Source: Ignavibacteriota bacterium (GTDB lineage: Bacteria > Bacteroidota > Ignavibacteria > Tepidaquicellales > Tepidaquicellaceae). Taken from it: a stretch of 64,000 nt of DNA. A model generated the notes under the pieces. That model made no database searches and was not told the origin of the DNA. It was given only the letters and a program-made list of their open reading frames with translations. Positions 47,752 to 58,385 of this stretch are shown one piece after another. The position numbers and the translations under genes are program-made. The stretch covers positions 216,577-280,576 of the forward strand of contig JAGQWG010000001.1 of assembly GCA_020437585.1 (NCBI GenBank), given 5' to 3'. Every line of letters begins with the position of its first letter. Position 1 is the stretch's first letter.

Positions 47752-49326
47752 ATGTACACAGTTAAGTTTAAGGAATTAGATCTGTCTAAAGAGATAATGA
47801 AGGCGGTCGAAGATATGGGATTCGAAGAAGCTACCCCTATCCAGTCGCAATCGATACCAATAATCATGCAAGGGAAAGACGTAATAGGACAGGCTCAGAC
47901 AGGAACGGGAAAAACAGCTTCATTCGGAATTCCAATAATAGAAAATATTAAGAATGAGAAGAGAATCCAGGCTCTTGTGCTCTGTCCTACAAGAGAGCTG
48001 ACGATACAGGTAGCCGAAGAAATAAATGAACTGTTGAAATATAAGAATGGAATCAGCATAGTCCCAATTTACGGCGGACAGTCAATCGACAGGCAAATAA
48101 AGGCTCTCAAGAGCGGAGTTCAGATCATAATTGCAACACCGGGAAGATTGGTCGACCATATCATGCGAAAGACCATAAAACTTGATAAGGTATTTATGGT
48201 TGTTTTAGACGAAGCTGACATAATGCTCGATATGGGATTTAGAAATGATCTTGAAACGATCCTCAAGAATGTTCCAAAACAAAGACAAACAGTTTTATTT
48301 TCAGCAACGATGTCAAAACCAATACTGGACTTATCCAGAAAATATCTGGTAAGCCCCGAGATGGTTAAGGTCGTTCATAAAGAACTCACAGTTCCCAAGA
48401 TCAAACAATACTACCTGGAGGTAAAACCCAACGTAAAGTTGGAAGCGCTGACACGATTGCTTGATATTCACGACCCGGAGCTTGCTATAGTATTCTGTAA
48501 TACAAAAAGAGGTGTGGATAAGCTCGCAAAGCATTTGCAGGCACGGGGCTATTTTGCAGAGGGACTGCACGGCGACATGCGTCAGCAACAAAGGGATAAG
48601 GTAATGTCGAAATTCAGGACCGGTGAGCTGGATATTTTGGTAGCAACGGATGTAGCAGCGAGGGGCATAGATGTAGATGAAATAGATGTGGTGTTTAATT
48701 ACGATGTCCCACAAGACGAAGAGTACTACGTACACAGGATCGGGCGAACGGCAAGAGCAGGACGTGAGGGAAAGGCATTTACATTTGTAACAGGCAAGGA
48801 GATATATAAGATCCGGGATATAGAAAAGTTTTCAAAGACAAAAATAGTAAGGCAGAACATCCCATCTGTAAAGGACGTACAGGCAATAAAAACAACGGAG
48901 ATAATAGAAGAAATAAAAGAGGTGATAGATGGTGACGAAGGAATATTTAAATACAGGGAGATCCTTGAAAAACTAATGCAGGAAGACTATACGTCAGCAG
49001 AAATTGCTGCAGCACTTTTAAAGATCCTCCTCGAGGGTGAATCATTCGAAGAACAGGAAATCCAGTCTAAACCTCTGGCTAAGAGCAAAACCGAAAGATT
49101 GTTTGTCAATATAGGGAAAAGTAAAAAGGTGAAGCCGGGTGATCTGGTAGGCGCATTTTCGGGAGAATCGGGAATACCGGGAAATGCGATTGGAGCAATA
49201 GATATATATGATAATTTTAGCTTTTTAGAAATAGAAGGGAAGTATCTAGATACAGTCCTCAAGAAAATGAACAAGGTGACATTTAAGGGGAAGAAACTTT
49301 TTGTTGAACCGGCGAAGAGAAATTAA
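47752..49326 (+). CDS. DEAD-box ATP-dependent RNA helicase with DbpA-type C-terminal RNA-binding domain
   Basis: Q motif, AQTGTGKT, PTRELT, DEAD, SAT and HRIGRTARAG. C-terminal RLFVNIGKSKKVKPGDLVGA. Confidence 0.92.
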   Translation: MYTVKFKELDLSKEIMKAVEDMGFEEATPIQSQSIPIIMQGKDVIGQAQTGTGKTASFGIPIIENIKNEKRIQALVLCPTRELTIQVAEEINELLKYKNGISIVPIYGGQSIDRQIKALKSGVQIIIATPGRLVDHIMRKTIKLDKVFMVVLDEADIMLDMGFRNDLETILKNVPKQRQTVLFSATMSKPILDLSRKYLVSPEMVKVVHKELTVPKIKQYYLEVKPNVKLEALTRLLDIHDPELAIVFCNTKRGVDKLAKHLQARGYFAEGLHGDMRQQQRDKVMSKFRTGELDILVATDVAARGIDVDEIDVVFNYDVPQDEEYYVHRIGRTARAGREGKAFTFVTGKEIYKIRDIEKFSKTKIVRQNIPSVKDVQAIKTTEIIEEIKEVIDGDEGIFKYREILEKLMQEDYTSAEIAAALLKILLEGESFEEQEIQSKPLAKSKTERLFVNIGKSKKVKPGDLVGAFSGESGIPGNAIGAIDIYDNFSFLEIEGKYLDTVLKKMNKVTFKGKKLFVEPAKRN

Positions 49327-49495
49327 TACCATCTTGATTTCCGGAGCAAGTATTTTCAAGCCTTCCGAACCCCTAATTATACTGATTTTTAGCTGAAATC
49401 ATAACATTTCAAGATTCGTGAACTTCCTTTTTTCGTTTAGAATATGTACATTTCATCTCTATAATTCTAAACTAAAAACTAAGGAGAAAAGAAAA

Positions 49496-49792
49496 ATGTT
49501 ACGCATCAGAGAGGTTTTTTATTGCAAACCCGGTCAGGCAAAAAATTTGGTCGAGAAATTTAAAAAAGCAGGCGATGTAATGGAAAAGGCAGGCGGTTTT
49601 TCCGGCATGAAGATCATGGTTGATTATATTGCAACTTATTGGACGGTTATTCTCGAAACCGACGTTGAATCAATCGATGAGTTCGAAAAAGGCATGGCTG
49701 AATATGCAGGGAATATGGAAGTTCAAAATGCTATGGATGGATATATGGATCTGGTAGAGGGCGGACGCAGAGAAGTGTTCCGTATAATGTAG
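49496..49792 (+). CDS. Hypothetical small protein
   Basis: 98 aa counted from the ATG at 49496, preceded by AAGGAG at 49481-49486. Confidence 0.5.
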   Translation: MLRIREVFYCKPGQAKNLVEKFKKAGDVMEKAGGFSGMKIMVDYIATYWTVILETDVESIDEFEKGMAEYAGNMEVQNAMDGYMDLVEGGRREVFRIM

Positions 49793-49874
49793 TTTTTAAT
49801 TTTTTTTTGTGGTGAAAAATCTTTATGTGATGCTCACCCCTGCATTTAATTTGCAGGGGTGAAGGACTTCTTCG

Positions 49875-51005
49875 TCAAAATTTAATTACTTCCAGAGAGT
49901 CGGATTTTTTTTCATCTATAACTAAATTTTCTCCTTTCAGATAAATATCGAAAAAAGTCTTCATATAGTCCAGAGTCTCACTAATTATCCTGAGTGCATT
50001 TTCTTTAACGGGCTCATTGTCGGCACTATAATAGTTTATATCTAAAAAACTATTATGATCAGCTCCACCAATTAAAACTCTATACGCACCCCCTTTTACT
50101 TTTTCACAAAACTCACTTCTCCTGATAAACTGCTTCTTGAAACCGTCATGATTCTTATAATCAGGGAGATCCTCGATAAACATAAACGGAACGTTAATTC
50201 CTTCCAGAGCTACTGTAGGAGGCGTTCCATCTATATCAAGAACCGCTTTAATGCGGTCATCCAGAATGCTCGCATAAATAGCCGCGGCTCCGCCAATCGA
50301 ATGCCCCCATACACCAATACTTTTAAGGTCAATTTTTCCATCAAAATCTTCCGGATTAACTTCCTCCAGTTTATTGAGAGAATAGATCATGTCTTCCGCA
50401 AGTACTTTTTGCCGTTTACCTTTCTCTTTCCTGTAATCATCGGCTGTTATTTGAGCCGGGATTTCCAGCAATTTCAAACTATCATGAAATGAAAGATCGG
50501 AAGGGAAAACCTCACCCTCTTCATTTAATACAAACTCGCTTTCGTATAAATGATTTACACCCGCTACAATAAATCCGTTCCGTGCTAATGCTTCAGCATA
50601 ATAGGTATACAGGCTGATATTTCCTCCCAATGTTGGGGAAAATATCAATAGAGGAAAACTTTTCTTCTGAGTACTCACCGGAGCATTTACAAATGATATT
50701 GTGCTAATACTTGAGACAAGTGTCACATCTTCTGCTGACCACCCGTTCAATTTTTCCCATATATCTTCAATGTTACTATAATAACTTGACCTTTCGTACT
50801 CGTTATTTGATTCCGTAATATCGGACGGGTACCATACCTGGACATTTATGATCCTGTAATCTCCATAATACGGGTCTAAGCGGTTTGTATCGATCCACCG
50901 AAAATATTTAGTTCCTACATTGTATGTTTCATTAGGATAGTCCTGTGCTATAGAAAATGTCTGGGGCAGAAAAAAAATGAATACTAGCACAAGCAAATGT
51001 TTCAT
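49875..51005 (-). CDS. Secreted alpha/beta hydrolase (PAF-acetylhydrolase/lipase-like)
   Basis: Signal peptide from the ATG at 51005. Nucleophile elbow GHSIGG. Confidence 0.7.
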   Translation of the reverse strand: MKHLLVLVFIFFLPQTFSIAQDYPNETYNVGTKYFRWIDTNRLDPYYGDYRIINVQVWYPSDITESNNEYERSSYYSNIEDIWEKLNGWSAEDVTLVSSISTISFVNAPVSTQKKSFPLLIFSPTLGGNISLYTYYAEALARNGFIVAGVNHLYESEFVLNEEGEVFPSDLSFHDSLKLLEIPAQITADDYRKEKGKRQKVLAEDMIYSLNKLEEVNPEDFDGKIDLKSIGVWGHSIGGAAAIYASILDDRIKAVLDIDGTPPTVALEGINVPFMFIEDLPDYKNHDGFKKQFIRRSEFCEKVKGGAYRVLIGGADHNSFLDINYYSADNEPVKENALRIISETLDYMKTFFDIYLKGENLVIDEKKSDSLEVIKF

Positions 51006-51016
51006 TGTTAATTTTC

Positions 51017-51745
51017 TCAATACTGGCTCATTATAAAATCTTTCACCTTATCATTGGAAGGGTTGTTTAATACGACATCCCTGTCGTCATATTGCTGTAT
51101 CTCCCCCTCGTCTATTACCATAATTTTATCGGCGAGCCGCTTTGCCTCCGTTAAGTCATGTGTCACCATTATAATACATCTTGGCTCATTCTCCTGTAAC
51201 GTCAACAGCTCAGCGTGTATCTCATTTTTTGTAGTAGGGTCGAGAGCACCAAACGCCTCATCCAATAAAAATATCGGCGGATTCAATATCATAGCCCGGC
51301 AAATTCCCACTCTCTGCTGCTCTCCACCGGATAGCTGATATGGGAATTTCTCCTTAAACCCGGGTCCAAGATTCACAAAACCCATCAGCTCTTCGATCCT
51401 GTTATCTAGTTCCGCCGGGTTTCTGTGCCCGTTCACCTTAGCCAGGAGCGCAATATTCTCATAGACGTTCATATGAGGAAATAACCCCGTGCCCTGCACC
51501 GAGTAGCCTATTTTAAGCCGTGTCGGGATAATATTCCTGTAATCAAGTTCCTCACCAAAGAGATAAACCTTACCCGATGACGGATGAACCAGCCCGTTCA
51601 CCATCTGCAATAGAGTTGACTTACCGCTTCCGCTCTTACCTATTATCGCGGTTATTAAATTATCCTCTATCTCAAAAGTAGCGTCCTTAACCGCTGCTTT
51701 TTCACCATAATAACGGGAAACATGTTCAAATTTTACCGGAAACAC
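51017..51745 (-). CDS. ABC transporter ATP-binding protein (OpuA/ProV-like core, no CBS tail)
   Basis: Walker A GKSGSGKST, signature LSGGEQQR and Walker B LLDEAF. GTG start. No permease is adjacent. Confidence 0.8.
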   Translation of the reverse strand: MFPVKFEHVSRYYGEKAAVKDATFEIEDNLITAIIGKSGSGKSTLLQMVNGLVHPSSGKVYLFGEELDYRNIIPTRLKIGYSVQGTGLFPHMNVYENIALLAKVNGHRNPAELDNRIEELMGFVNLGPGFKEKFPYQLSGGEQQRVGICRAMILNPPIFLLDEAFGALDPTTKNEIHAELLTLQENEPRCIIMVTHDLTEAKRLADKIMVIDEGEIQQYDDRDVVLNNPSNDKVKDFIMSQY

Positions 51746-51832
51746 GAGAAGTGAGTTTAAATTTTAGCGAATATGCAATATATTTCTATTCAGGCTAAAT
51801 TAAGTCTTAATTAAGGAAATTAAAAGAATAAA

Positions 51833-53209
51833 ATGGAAAACATTATTATAACTACGAACAAAGTGGGTGGCAATAAAGCCATTAGTGAAGAACGAGTAAA
51901 ACTTTATAACCAGTTCCTCGATGTCAGATATCTTACATTCGATATACTGGACCCCCTGGAGATCGAGGATTATGTTGTTCAAACAGAGGCATATATGAGC
52001 CCTCCGAGATGGCATATCGGTCATACCACGTGGTTTTATGAACAACTCCTACGGTCGTATTATAAAGATAAATTTGTTCCCTACAAAGAGGATTACGCAT
52101 TTTATTTTAATTCATACTACTTAACCTTTGGTAAACTCTTTAATAAAGCAAAGCGCGGTACACTTTCTCGCCCGACTGTTAAAGAAACCATTAACTACTG
52201 TAATCACATCAACAAGCAAGTACTCGACTTCTTCCTGGATGAAAACGTTGAGATAACCGACGACATTAAAAAGAAGTTCGAACTCGGCTATAATCATGAA
52301 TACCAGCACCAGGAATTAATAGTTTACGATGTTCAGCATCTCCTGCAGGATGATTACAATCCTAAAACAATGAAGGAACCGCCTACTTCATCCGGAGAGA
52401 TTAATTTCGATATGGTGAAAATTCCCGGAGGTATTTTCGAAATGGGGTTTGACCCAGAGAGATACGGTGACCGTTTTGCATACGATATAGAAATGCCCTT
52501 GCACAAGATCTATCTCAACGATTATCTGATCGACCGCTATCCTGTAACAAATGGACAGTATCTTGAATTTATAAATGACGGCGGCTATAAAGAATTCCGC
52601 CACTGGCTCTCCGAAGCTTGGTATGCAGTAAACGACAATGGATGGGAAGCCCCTCTATACTGGCTGCAGGATGACAGCGGTGAATGGTATAAATATGACT
52701 TCCGCGGAAAATCATACATAAAAGACATTGCCAACGAACCTGTAACACATATCAGCTATTTCGAAGCGGATGCCTTCGCTAAATGGGCAGGAAAGCACCT
52801 CCCTACCGAAGGCGAATGGGAAAAAGCTGCATCTTTCAATGAGGATCTGGGAAAAAGCACACTTTTCCCATGGGGTGATGACGATCCATCATTTGAAAAC
52901 ACAAGCCTCCTCGGAATGGATGTATGGAGAACGACCGATGTAAATTCTTATGAAAAGGGTAAGAGCTATTATGAATGTTACCAGATGATAGGTGATGCCT
53001 GGGAATGGACTTCATCGGAGTTTATGGCATATCCCGGATTCAAATCAGGTTTTGCCGAATATAATGACAAATGGTTCAACAACCAAAAGGTTCTAAGAGG
53101 CGGCTCATTTGGCACGCCAAAACAATCGACGCGTAATACATACCGTAATTTCTTTAAGACACACGAAAGGTGGCTCATATCTGGTTTCCGGTGCGCAAAG
53201 GATATATAA
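51833..53209 (+). CDS. egtB: Ergothioneine biosynthesis sulfoxide synthase EgtB-like (DinB_2 + FGE-sulfatase domains)
   Basis: PPRWHIGHTTWFYE, NHEYQHQELI, PVTHISYFEADAFAKWAGKHLPTEGEWEKAA, GDAWEWTSS and RGGSFGTP...GFRCAKD. Confidence 0.8.
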   Translation: MENIIITTNKVGGNKAISEERVKLYNQFLDVRYLTFDILDPLEIEDYVVQTEAYMSPPRWHIGHTTWFYEQLLRSYYKDKFVPYKEDYAFYFNSYYLTFGKLFNKAKRGTLSRPTVKETINYCNHINKQVLDFFLDENVEITDDIKKKFELGYNHEYQHQELIVYDVQHLLQDDYNPKTMKEPPTSSGEINFDMVKIPGGIFEMGFDPERYGDRFAYDIEMPLHKIYLNDYLIDRYPVTNGQYLEFINDGGYKEFRHWLSEAWYAVNDNGWEAPLYWLQDDSGEWYKYDFRGKSYIKDIANEPVTHISYFEADAFAKWAGKHLPTEGEWEKAASFNEDLGKSTLFPWGDDDPSFENTSLLGMDVWRTTDVNSYEKGKSYYECYQMIGDAWEWTSSEFMAYPGFKSGFAEYNDKWFNNQKVLRGGSFGTPKQSTRNTYRNFFKTHERWLISGFRCAKDI

Positions 53210-53216
53210 CTACTCG

Positions 53217-53241
53217 GGGCAGCTCTGACTGCCCTTTTTTA
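53217..53241 (+). terminator. Intrinsic terminator after egtB
   Basis: GGGCAG, loop CTCTGA, CTGCCC, then TTTTTT. Confidence 0.75.
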
Positions 53242-53302
53242 TTTATATTTACAATAGTTTGTTTTTTAGGTAAAATTACCCAAAACACAAAATGGGGGAC
53301 TT

Positions 53303-54802
53303 ATGAAATTTTTACTCACACTTCTTTTGGCATTTTCCTTCTTTTCTTCAGGATTCGCAGGCAATACACCGCACAGCAATTTTTCTGACCTTTTGGTTTC
53401 CATGGAAAAAGACCCGAAAATCGAATTACAGATCAGAAATATTGCTTTACAGGATAATTCTCCAATGGAGATCTATCTCGAGCAAGGTATATACATTCGC
53501 GCACTTGGAATAGAGGATGGTAAAATTGTTTATGGAATTATCAATAATCTCGCTGACATATATGCCGGGGCTGAAGTATCTTATTTAGATAATATAATTA
53601 CCCGGTACGATATCTTAAAAGCCCGGGTCCATTATGCTGATGGTACCGTACTAAATCCAACACTCGGGATCCCTCAGCCTTCTATACTGGAGGGGGGAAG
53701 TAATAATCTTCTCTTAATTCCTGAATCGACCAATGATAAAGTTTGGGCATTCAACCCGCAGAACGGCGACCTTGTAGAGTCTGATTTTATTCCACCTGAT
53801 GCTGTAAATCTGAGCCTTCCTCAACATGCAGTTCAAACGCCCAGGGGCACAATTACTATTTCAGACCAGACTACAGACGGGATTTTCGAATATGATACGT
53901 CGGGGGTATTTATAAGGCTATTTGCTCCTTCGACCGGCGTCAATACCTCGATACTTGATAATACAAGAGGTCATGCTTACCAATCAAATGGAAACCTCCT
54001 CGGAACCGTAGGCACGGGACCTAATATTAACGCAATTCCACAATTCGATACAGGCGGCGCTTATCTCGGAACTTTCATTACATCCGGAATAGCCTCGAGT
54101 TGGTTCATAGAATACAGAACTTCCGATATGCTGATCTCTGTAATAAATACGCCCACCGGTGTGAGCAAATATGACCTGAACGGAACTTTCCAGAGTACCT
54201 TTGCATCTATCTCGTCATTTCCACAGCAGGTACATAACATGCAGAATGGTAACGTTGCAATTGCTAATTTTTCTTCCGGCTCTCAGCAAGGGATCCTTAT
54301 TTTCCCTTCCGCCGGAGGTACTTTTATTAAACAGTTACAGGGCGTAACCGGAAATAGAGGTGTCTGGCAGCTTGGGAATGGAAACTTCCTTACAACAAAT
54401 GGAAGCGGTGTTCATGAGGTTGACAGTGCTACGGGAAACCTTGTCCGTACAATAGTCCCGGGTGTTCAATCAAGATTGATCTCATTCTACGATCCTGATA
54501 TGCTTGTAGGATTAGAAAATCAAAATAGTTCTGTTCCGGAAAAATACTCTCTGCAACAAAATTATCCGAATCCCTTCAATCCCTCGACCACAATATCATT
54601 TGATATACCTCTGAACGGGTTCGTAACGCTGAAAGTTTATGATATTCTTGGTAAGGAAGTTAAAACACTGGTCAACAAAAGCTTAACCGCCGGAAGCTAT
54701 GACTTTAGCTTTGACGCATCCGAGCTTAATTCAGGAATATATTTCTATACCCTGAGAACGGGTGACTTTGCAGAAACTAAGAAGATGTTACTAATAAAAT
54801 AA
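53303..54802 (+). CDS. Secreted protein with T9SS C-terminal sorting domain
   Basis: Signal peptide. C-terminus QNYPNPFNPSTTISFDI...VTLKVYDILGKE...SGIYFYTLRTG...KKMLLIK, paralogous to the C-terminus of 27158-28249. Confidence 0.75.
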   Translation: MKFLLTLLLAFSFFSSGFAGNTPHSNFSDLLVSMEKDPKIELQIRNIALQDNSPMEIYLEQGIYIRALGIEDGKIVYGIINNLADIYAGAEVSYLDNIITRYDILKARVHYADGTVLNPTLGIPQPSILEGGSNNLLLIPESTNDKVWAFNPQNGDLVESDFIPPDAVNLSLPQHAVQTPRGTITISDQTTDGIFEYDTSGVFIRLFAPSTGVNTSILDNTRGHAYQSNGNLLGTVGTGPNINAIPQFDTGGAYLGTFITSGIASSWFIEYRTSDMLISVINTPTGVSKYDLNGTFQSTFASISSFPQQVHNMQNGNVAIANFSSGSQQGILIFPSAGGTFIKQLQGVTGNRGVWQLGNGNFLTTNGSGVHEVDSATGNLVRTIVPGVQSRLISFYDPDMLVGLENQNSSVPEKYSLQQNYPNPFNPSTTISFDIPLNGFVTLKVYDILGKEVKTLVNKSLTAGSYDFSFDASELNSGIYFYTLRTGDFAETKKMLLIK

Positions 54803-54823
54803 ATTTTAACATTTTATAACACT

Positions 54824-54852
54824 AAAAAGGCAGCTTTTAGCTGCCTTTTTTA
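54824..54852. terminator. Bidirectional intrinsic terminator
   Basis: AAAAAGGCAGC, loop TTTTA, GCTGCCTTTTTT. Overlaps the egtD stop codon. Confidence 0.75.
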
Positions 54853-55874
54853 TTAAATAACGTTAGTGCAAAATACTTTCTATCGTCATTCCATGTCTTT
54901 ATCCAGTCCAGTCTTGCGGTATCCGCAAATTCCATTATAAGGTCATCGTTAAATTTATAAGAATTCTCGGTGTGAATACTCTCCCCTTCTTTAAGATCTA
55001 TTTTCAAACCAATATCGTTTATCATTACACTCTGTTCCTCTTTCGAGAACAAATGCATTTCTATCCTGCTCTTCTCTTTATTGTAGATGGATTCATGTCT
55101 GAATTTTGACAGGTCGAATTCTCCACCCAGTTCATTATTTATTCTTTGAAGAATATTGAGGTTAAATTCCGCCGTCAAGCCGTCCCTGTCATTATAAGCT
55201 CGTACTAATATATCTTCATCTTTAATTAGATCGAACCCTATCAGCAATGCATCTGTATCCTTCATCTCGCTTGCGATCTTTGACAGGAATTCCTTAATGT
55301 ATGACCTTCGGAAATTACCTATGCTCGAGCCCAGGAATATCGTTAGATTGTCCGAGTTATCTATATCCTTAACTATCCTGTATCCAGAAATATATTCTGC
55401 AATTATGCCATTTATTGTTAAGTTTGAATAATCTTTAAGTAATTGTTCAGATGTGGGAATCAGTATATCCGAAACATCGAGAGGAATGTAATTCAACTGC
55501 CGTCCTGTTTCGAGCTCCGCATCTAGTAAGTGACGGGTCTTTGTAGACGTACCACTACCGAGCTCTACCATCACAGGTTTATTTTTACTGAACTCTATAA
55601 TATCACCCGACCTCTCAATTAAGATACTCTCCTCCGTTCGTGTTGGATAATAATCCTCTATCTGTGTTATTTTATCGAAGAGCTCCGAGCCCCTGTCGTC
55701 ATAAAAATATTTCGGATATAGAAATTTTTTCTCTGCGGTAAGCCCGTTCTTAACATCCTCTGCGAATGTGCTTTCAGTCAGAGCTTTCTCAAACCTGTAA
55801 ATGTTTAACCGGTCATTCAAAATTTCTTTTGAAAAGACCGGCGAATTTTTTATTACTGTGTCCGTCGGCAACAA
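54837..55874 (-). CDS. egtD: L-histidine N-alpha-methyltransferase EgtD-like
   Basis: PKYFYDDRGSELFDKITQIEDYYPTRTEESIL, ELGSGTSTKTRHLL, YIPLDVS and FLGSSIGNF. Confidence 0.85.
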   Translation of the reverse strand: MLPTDTVIKNSPVFSKEILNDRLNIYRFEKALTESTFAEDVKNGLTAEKKFLYPKYFYDDRGSELFDKITQIEDYYPTRTEESILIERSGDIIEFSKNKPVMVELGSGTSTKTRHLLDAELETGRQLNYIPLDVSDILIPTSEQLLKDYSNLTINGIIAEYISGYRIVKDIDNSDNLTIFLGSSIGNFRRSYIKEFLSKIASEMKDTDALLIGFDLIKDEDILVRAYNDRDGLTAEFNLNILQRINNELGGEFDLSKFRHESIYNKEKSRIEMHLFSKEEQSVMINDIGLKIDLKEGESIHTENSYKFNDDLIMEFADTARLDWIKTWNDDRKYFALTLFNKKGS

Positions 55875-55939
55875 TTTTAGGAAGGTTAGTTAAACTTAAA
55901 ATAAAGTTCTTGTTGCTAATTACAACACCTAAAGAGCGT

Positions 55940-56593
55940 CTAGCTGTTTTCCCAGCGGTTTATTAGTTCAATAAATTCTTTTTGTATAGTTTCACATCTG
56001 TCTTTCGTGTACCATATTGCTATATCTTTCTGAACTTCGGCAAGTTCTTTCTGCTTTGTTCGTTTATGTTCCCGCATCATCTCCTGCGCCGGCTCAGGTC
56101 GGGGTCCCCACGTTCCCATATAGCTCCAGTTGGACTTATCTACTGATATAAGCTTTGGTATCGATCGTGTCCCGCTCGTCAGACAGCAATCCATTAATTC
56201 GGGGTTCTCATCCCTGAAAATAAACCCTAACCCTATATTATCAGAGAGTTCCGCTATCTTGTTTATTGCAGGAATGTTCTGCGCAGAATCTCCGCACCAT
56301 GATTCCGTTAATACCAACCACGCATAATCCCTTTTTAGATCCATAGTGATCTCGACCATTCCGGGCAGTATCTCGATCGTATTATCCCATCTTTTCATTC
56401 TTACGGCATTTAGCTTGGTATTGTTTACCCTGCTTTCACTTTTCTCCGTACCGGTCGTATCTCTCTCATCAGCCAGCCTAAGTACTAAATTTTTATATTC
56501 ACTATAAGATAATGCATTCTCGAATTTATTCCTGAAGAACTTAGGATTATGTTCTTGAATATTGCTATTTATTGCTCCGGTATTGTTTGACAT
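55940..56593 (-). CDS. Thioredoxin-fold family protein
   Basis: 217 aa. WLVLTESWCGDSAQNIP is a thioredoxin-like CxxS-type site. Confidence 0.6.
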   Translation of the reverse strand: MSNNTGAINSNIQEHNPKFFRNKFENALSYSEYKNLVLRLADERDTTGTEKSESRVNNTKLNAVRMKRWDNTIEILPGMVEITMDLKRDYAWLVLTESWCGDSAQNIPAINKIAELSDNIGLGFIFRDENPELMDCCLTSGTRSIPKLISVDKSNWSYMGTWGPRPEPAQEMMREHKRTKQKELAEVQKDIAIWYTKDRCETIQKEFIELINRWENS

Positions 56594-56669
56594 TGTAAAA
56601 TTATTTTAATCTTGATACTCTTATCAACATAAATTGGAAAAAATTAATCTTAATCTAAATTCATAAATT

Positions 56670-57107
56670 ATGGCAGCAGAAGAAATAAAATTAATAATGA
56701 AGTACAATACTTTTGTATTTAATAAAAATCTTGAAGAAATTTCAAACGAAGATAGTCTCACCACTGCTGATGACAGGGTAAACCTTATAAACTGGGTTGC
56801 AGGACATATTGTAAATACGCGTGATGATCTGCTTGAAGACGTTGGGAGTGGAAGGATCCTCCAACCTGAATACAAAGAATATTACGCGGGGAATAAACAA
56901 CTTCCCTCAACCGATGTTGCAATTGATATTGATACAATAAAGAAAGATTTCGAGAAGCTTACGGAAGAAATAAACAAGGTTCTGAATGAAGGAGATGATG
57001 AAAAGGACAAAAAGGTAGCATTTTTTATGTTTCATGAATCATACCACGCCGGACAATTGGGTGTATTAAGGAAACTGCTTGGAAAAGAAGGGAAAATGCG
57101 GATATAA
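56670..57107 (+). CDS. DinB-family protein
   Basis: 145 aa. INWVAGHIVNTR and HESYHAGQLG carry the His triad elements. Confidence 0.65.
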   Translation: MAAEEIKLIMKYNTFVFNKNLEEISNEDSLTTADDRVNLINWVAGHIVNTRDDLLEDVGSGRILQPEYKEYYAGNKQLPSTDVAIDIDTIKKDFEKLTEEINKVLNEGDDEKDKKVAFFMFHESYHAGQLGVLRKLLGKEGKMRI

Positions 57108-57132
57108 AAAAAGCCCGCATGAGCGGGCCTTT
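57106..57132. terminator. Bidirectional intrinsic terminator between DinB-like and msrB
   Basis: AAAAAAAGCCCGC, loop ATGA, GCGGGCCTTT. The minus-strand reading gives the hairpin followed by TTTTTTT. Confidence 0.75.
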
Positions 57133-57134
57133 AC

Positions 57135-57722
57135 TTATTTTTCGTTCCCATCTTTGTCTTTGAATTGTAATGATACCGAATTTATACAGTACCTCTTTCC
57201 AGTAGGAGGAGGACCGTCATCGAATACATGTCCTAAGTGAGATCCGCATCTTCCGCATGTTACTTCAGTCCTCACCATTCCATGCGAAGTGTCTTCACTT
57301 AGCACAATACTGCTGTCCGTTACCGCTTCAAAAAAACTTGGCCATCCGCATCCTGATTCGAACTTTGCAGTCGAATAGAATACAGGATTTCCGCACGCAT
57401 TACAATGAAATGTGCCTACATCTTTAAAATCTTCATACTTCCCCGTAAAGGGTCTCTCTGTTCCTTTCTCTCTAAGAACGTGGTACTCTTCGTCTGTTAG
57501 TTCTTTCTTCCACTCTTCTTCGGTTTTGTTTACTTTATCGGACATATTATCTCCCTGGGTTTGATTATTTTCCGAATCCAATGAATCGGACACCAATTTG
57601 ACGTTTTCACTAACTACATTGTTGTCCGGTTCGTGCCCTCCGGAGAAAAGCGAATTTCTGAATAGAAAAGCCAGCACGGCTACCGCCGCGATACCGATCA
57701 CTATTAATGGTTTCATTTTCAT
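57135..57722 (-). CDS. msrB: Peptide-methionine (R)-S-oxide reductase, membrane/secretion-anchored
   Basis: SelR domain: [49 protein letters not shown]-terminal transmembrane or signal segment. Confidence 0.9.
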   Translation of the reverse strand: MKMKPLIVIGIAAVAVLAFLFRNSLFSGGHEPDNNVVSENVKLVSDSLDSENNQTQGDNMSDKVNKTEEEWKKELTDEEYHVLREKGTERPFTGKYEDFKDVGTFHCNACGNPVFYSTAKFESGCGWPSFFEAVTDSSIVLSEDTSHGMVRTEVTCGRCGSHLGHVFDDGPPPTGKRYCINSVSLQFKDKDGNEK

Positions 57723-57863
57723 TTGTGGGTTATTGTTTGCTCTAATTCTCTACGTAATATCAAACAGATTCCACTGCTGTTTAGTTTCTTAAACTGAATA
57801 TATTTATATATGATTGAAATGTTAAGCGATTAAAATTATATTAAGTATGCCAGTACTAATTTA

Positions 57864-58376
57864 ATGGAATATAATAACATAGAGATACGCCAATTTGATC
57901 CGAATAGGGATTCGGTTTCTGAGCTGACCAAACTCCTTAATAAAAGCTACAAACAGCTAGCAGATATGGGATTTCGGTACATTGCTACTCACCAGGCAGA
58001 CGACATAACATTGAGCAGAATTAACAGGGCATACTGCCTGGTTGCTTTAAAAGATGGCAAGATCATAGCAACTATATCCTATTACCATGAATCGGGTTAC
58101 GAAAGATGTAACTGGTATGATAAAGATGGTGTCGGATATTTTGGACAATTTGGAGTTGATCCCGCGCTTCAGAGATCGGGCATAGGAAGCCGTTTGATGG
58201 AATTGATCGAGGAACATTCCCGCAACAAAGGTGACGCCGAGCTTGCTCTCGATACAGCCGAGGGCGCTTCTCATCTTATCGAAATATACAAAAAGAAAGG
58301 CTACCGCTTCATCGAATACGTTCAATGGAAAGATACTAACTACCGCAGTGTAATAATGAGCAAAAAACTAAACTGA
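57864..58376 (+). CDS. GNAT family N-acetyltransferase
   Basis: FGVDPALQRSGIGSRLM...YKKKGY. Confidence 0.8.
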   Translation: MEYNNIEIRQFDPNRDSVSELTKLLNKSYKQLADMGFRYIATHQADDITLSRINRAYCLVALKDGKIIATISYYHESGYERCNWYDKDGVGYFGQFGVDPALQRSGIGSRLMELIEEHSRNKGDAELALDTAEGASHLIEIYKKKGYRFIEYVQWKDTNYRSVIMSKKLN

Positions 58377-58385
58377 TCAAAAATT

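Noticed and set aside
49835-49861. A perfect 10-bp hairpin (CACCCCTGCA/TGCAGGGGTG) between convergent genes, considered as an intrinsic terminator.
   Set aside because: No U-tract follows it directly on either strand. It may still act as an RNA-stability element or terminator, but I did not list it as a supported feature.
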